NCBI GenBank assembly: GCA_046498225.1
Contig: JAWOBF010000088.1
Span: 1-28,658 of the forward strand
Direction of reading: 5' to 3'
Length of the DNA: 28,658 bases
Origin: Candidatus Aegiribacteria sp.
Lineage (GTDB): Bacteria; Fermentibacterota; Fermentibacteria; Fermentibacterales; JCC-6
Shown: positions 28,147 to 28,658 of the stretch, one piece after another
Layout of the letters: each line of letters starts with the position of its first letter
Numbering within the stretch: the stretch's first letter is position 1
Position numbers and translations under genes: made by a program
The notes under the pieces: generated by a model
Database searches by the model: none
What the model saw: the letters and a program-made list of their open reading frames with translations, nothing else
Told to the model about the DNA's origin: nothing

Positions 28147-28658
28147 CTGAGTCGTTCCTTTAAACTGTTCTTTTTCTTGCTGTTCGCGGGAACTCTGCCG
28201 GCCGACCCGCCTCCGGGATACTACGATCCCGCGGCGGGACTTACAGGCTACGAGCTCCAGCAGGCGCTGCACGACATAATCGATGACCATTACTGCATTA
28301 CCTACGACGATGTGTGGCTGGCCTTCTATACCACCGATGACTTGCCCGGGGGGTATGTATGGGACATGTATTCGGACATACCCGGCGGAACCCCTCCATA
28401 CCTCTACAAACTCGGGGATGACCAGGGGGGATCGGCAAGCGGTGAGAACGAGGGATACAACCGGGAGCACTCATGGCCCAAGAGCTGGTTCGGCGGGGAG
28501 GTGCTCCCGATGTACACCGACATGTTCCAGATCGTACCCAGTGACATCTATGTGAACAACAGAAGGGGCAACTATCCCTATGGTGAAGTAGCCGCTCCCA
28601 CATGGGTATCCATGAACGGCAGCAGGCTGGGTCCCTGCTCGTGGCCCGGCTACTCCGG
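28147..28658 (+). CDS. Secreted endonuclease I / Bsn-type (His-Me finger) nuclease, 3' truncated; start uncertain (CTG 28147 or ATG 28105)
   Basis: Manual translation: signal peptide SRSFKLFFFLLFAGTLPA, then PPGYYDPAAGLTGYELQQALHDII, VWDMYSD, YNREHSWPKSWF, VPSDIYVNNRRGNYPYGEV; frame open to the window end. Confidence 0.9.
   Translation, partial: MSRSFKLFFFLLFAGTLPADPPPGYYDPAAGLTGYELQQALHDIIDDHYCITYDDVWLAFYTTDDLPGGYVWDMYSDIPGGTPPYLYKLGDDQGGSASGENEGYNREHSWPKSWFGGEVLPMYTDMFQIVPSDIYVNNRRGNYPYGEVAAPTWVSMNGSRLGPCSWPGYS

Overview
Bacterial core translation/transcription supercluster, almost entirely on the minus strand. In transcription order: tRNA-Thr/Tyr/Gly/Thr, tuf, rpmG, tRNA-Trp, secE, nusG, rplK-A-J-L, rpoB, rpoC, rpsL-rpsG-fusA (no second tuf), the S10 and spc operons, and secY (truncated by the window edge). 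At the right end a divergent promoter drives an uncharacterised lipoprotein and a secreted endonuclease I-family gene (truncated). Gene order and the nuclease type suggest an FCB-group-like, possibly candidate-phylum, bacterium (inference only). The most striking observation is that RNA polymerase beta' (1590 aa) carries an extra ~200-aa domain nested in its trigger-loop insertion (SI3/beta'i6). By eye this domain aligns end to end with a STAND/AAA_16-type P-loop ATPase whose Walker A and B motifs have decayed. The same subunit has Ser at the conserved bridge-helix Phe (E. coli F773). The str-operon EF-G looks like a divergent spdEFG2/mtEFG2-like (recycling-type) paralog whose Shine-Dalgarno is buried in a perfect 9-bp stem. 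EF-Tu, S12, L6, L12 and the RpoB rifampicin pocket also deviate at normally near-invariant motifs. All motif comparisons were made by eye from remembered consensus sequences, not database searches.
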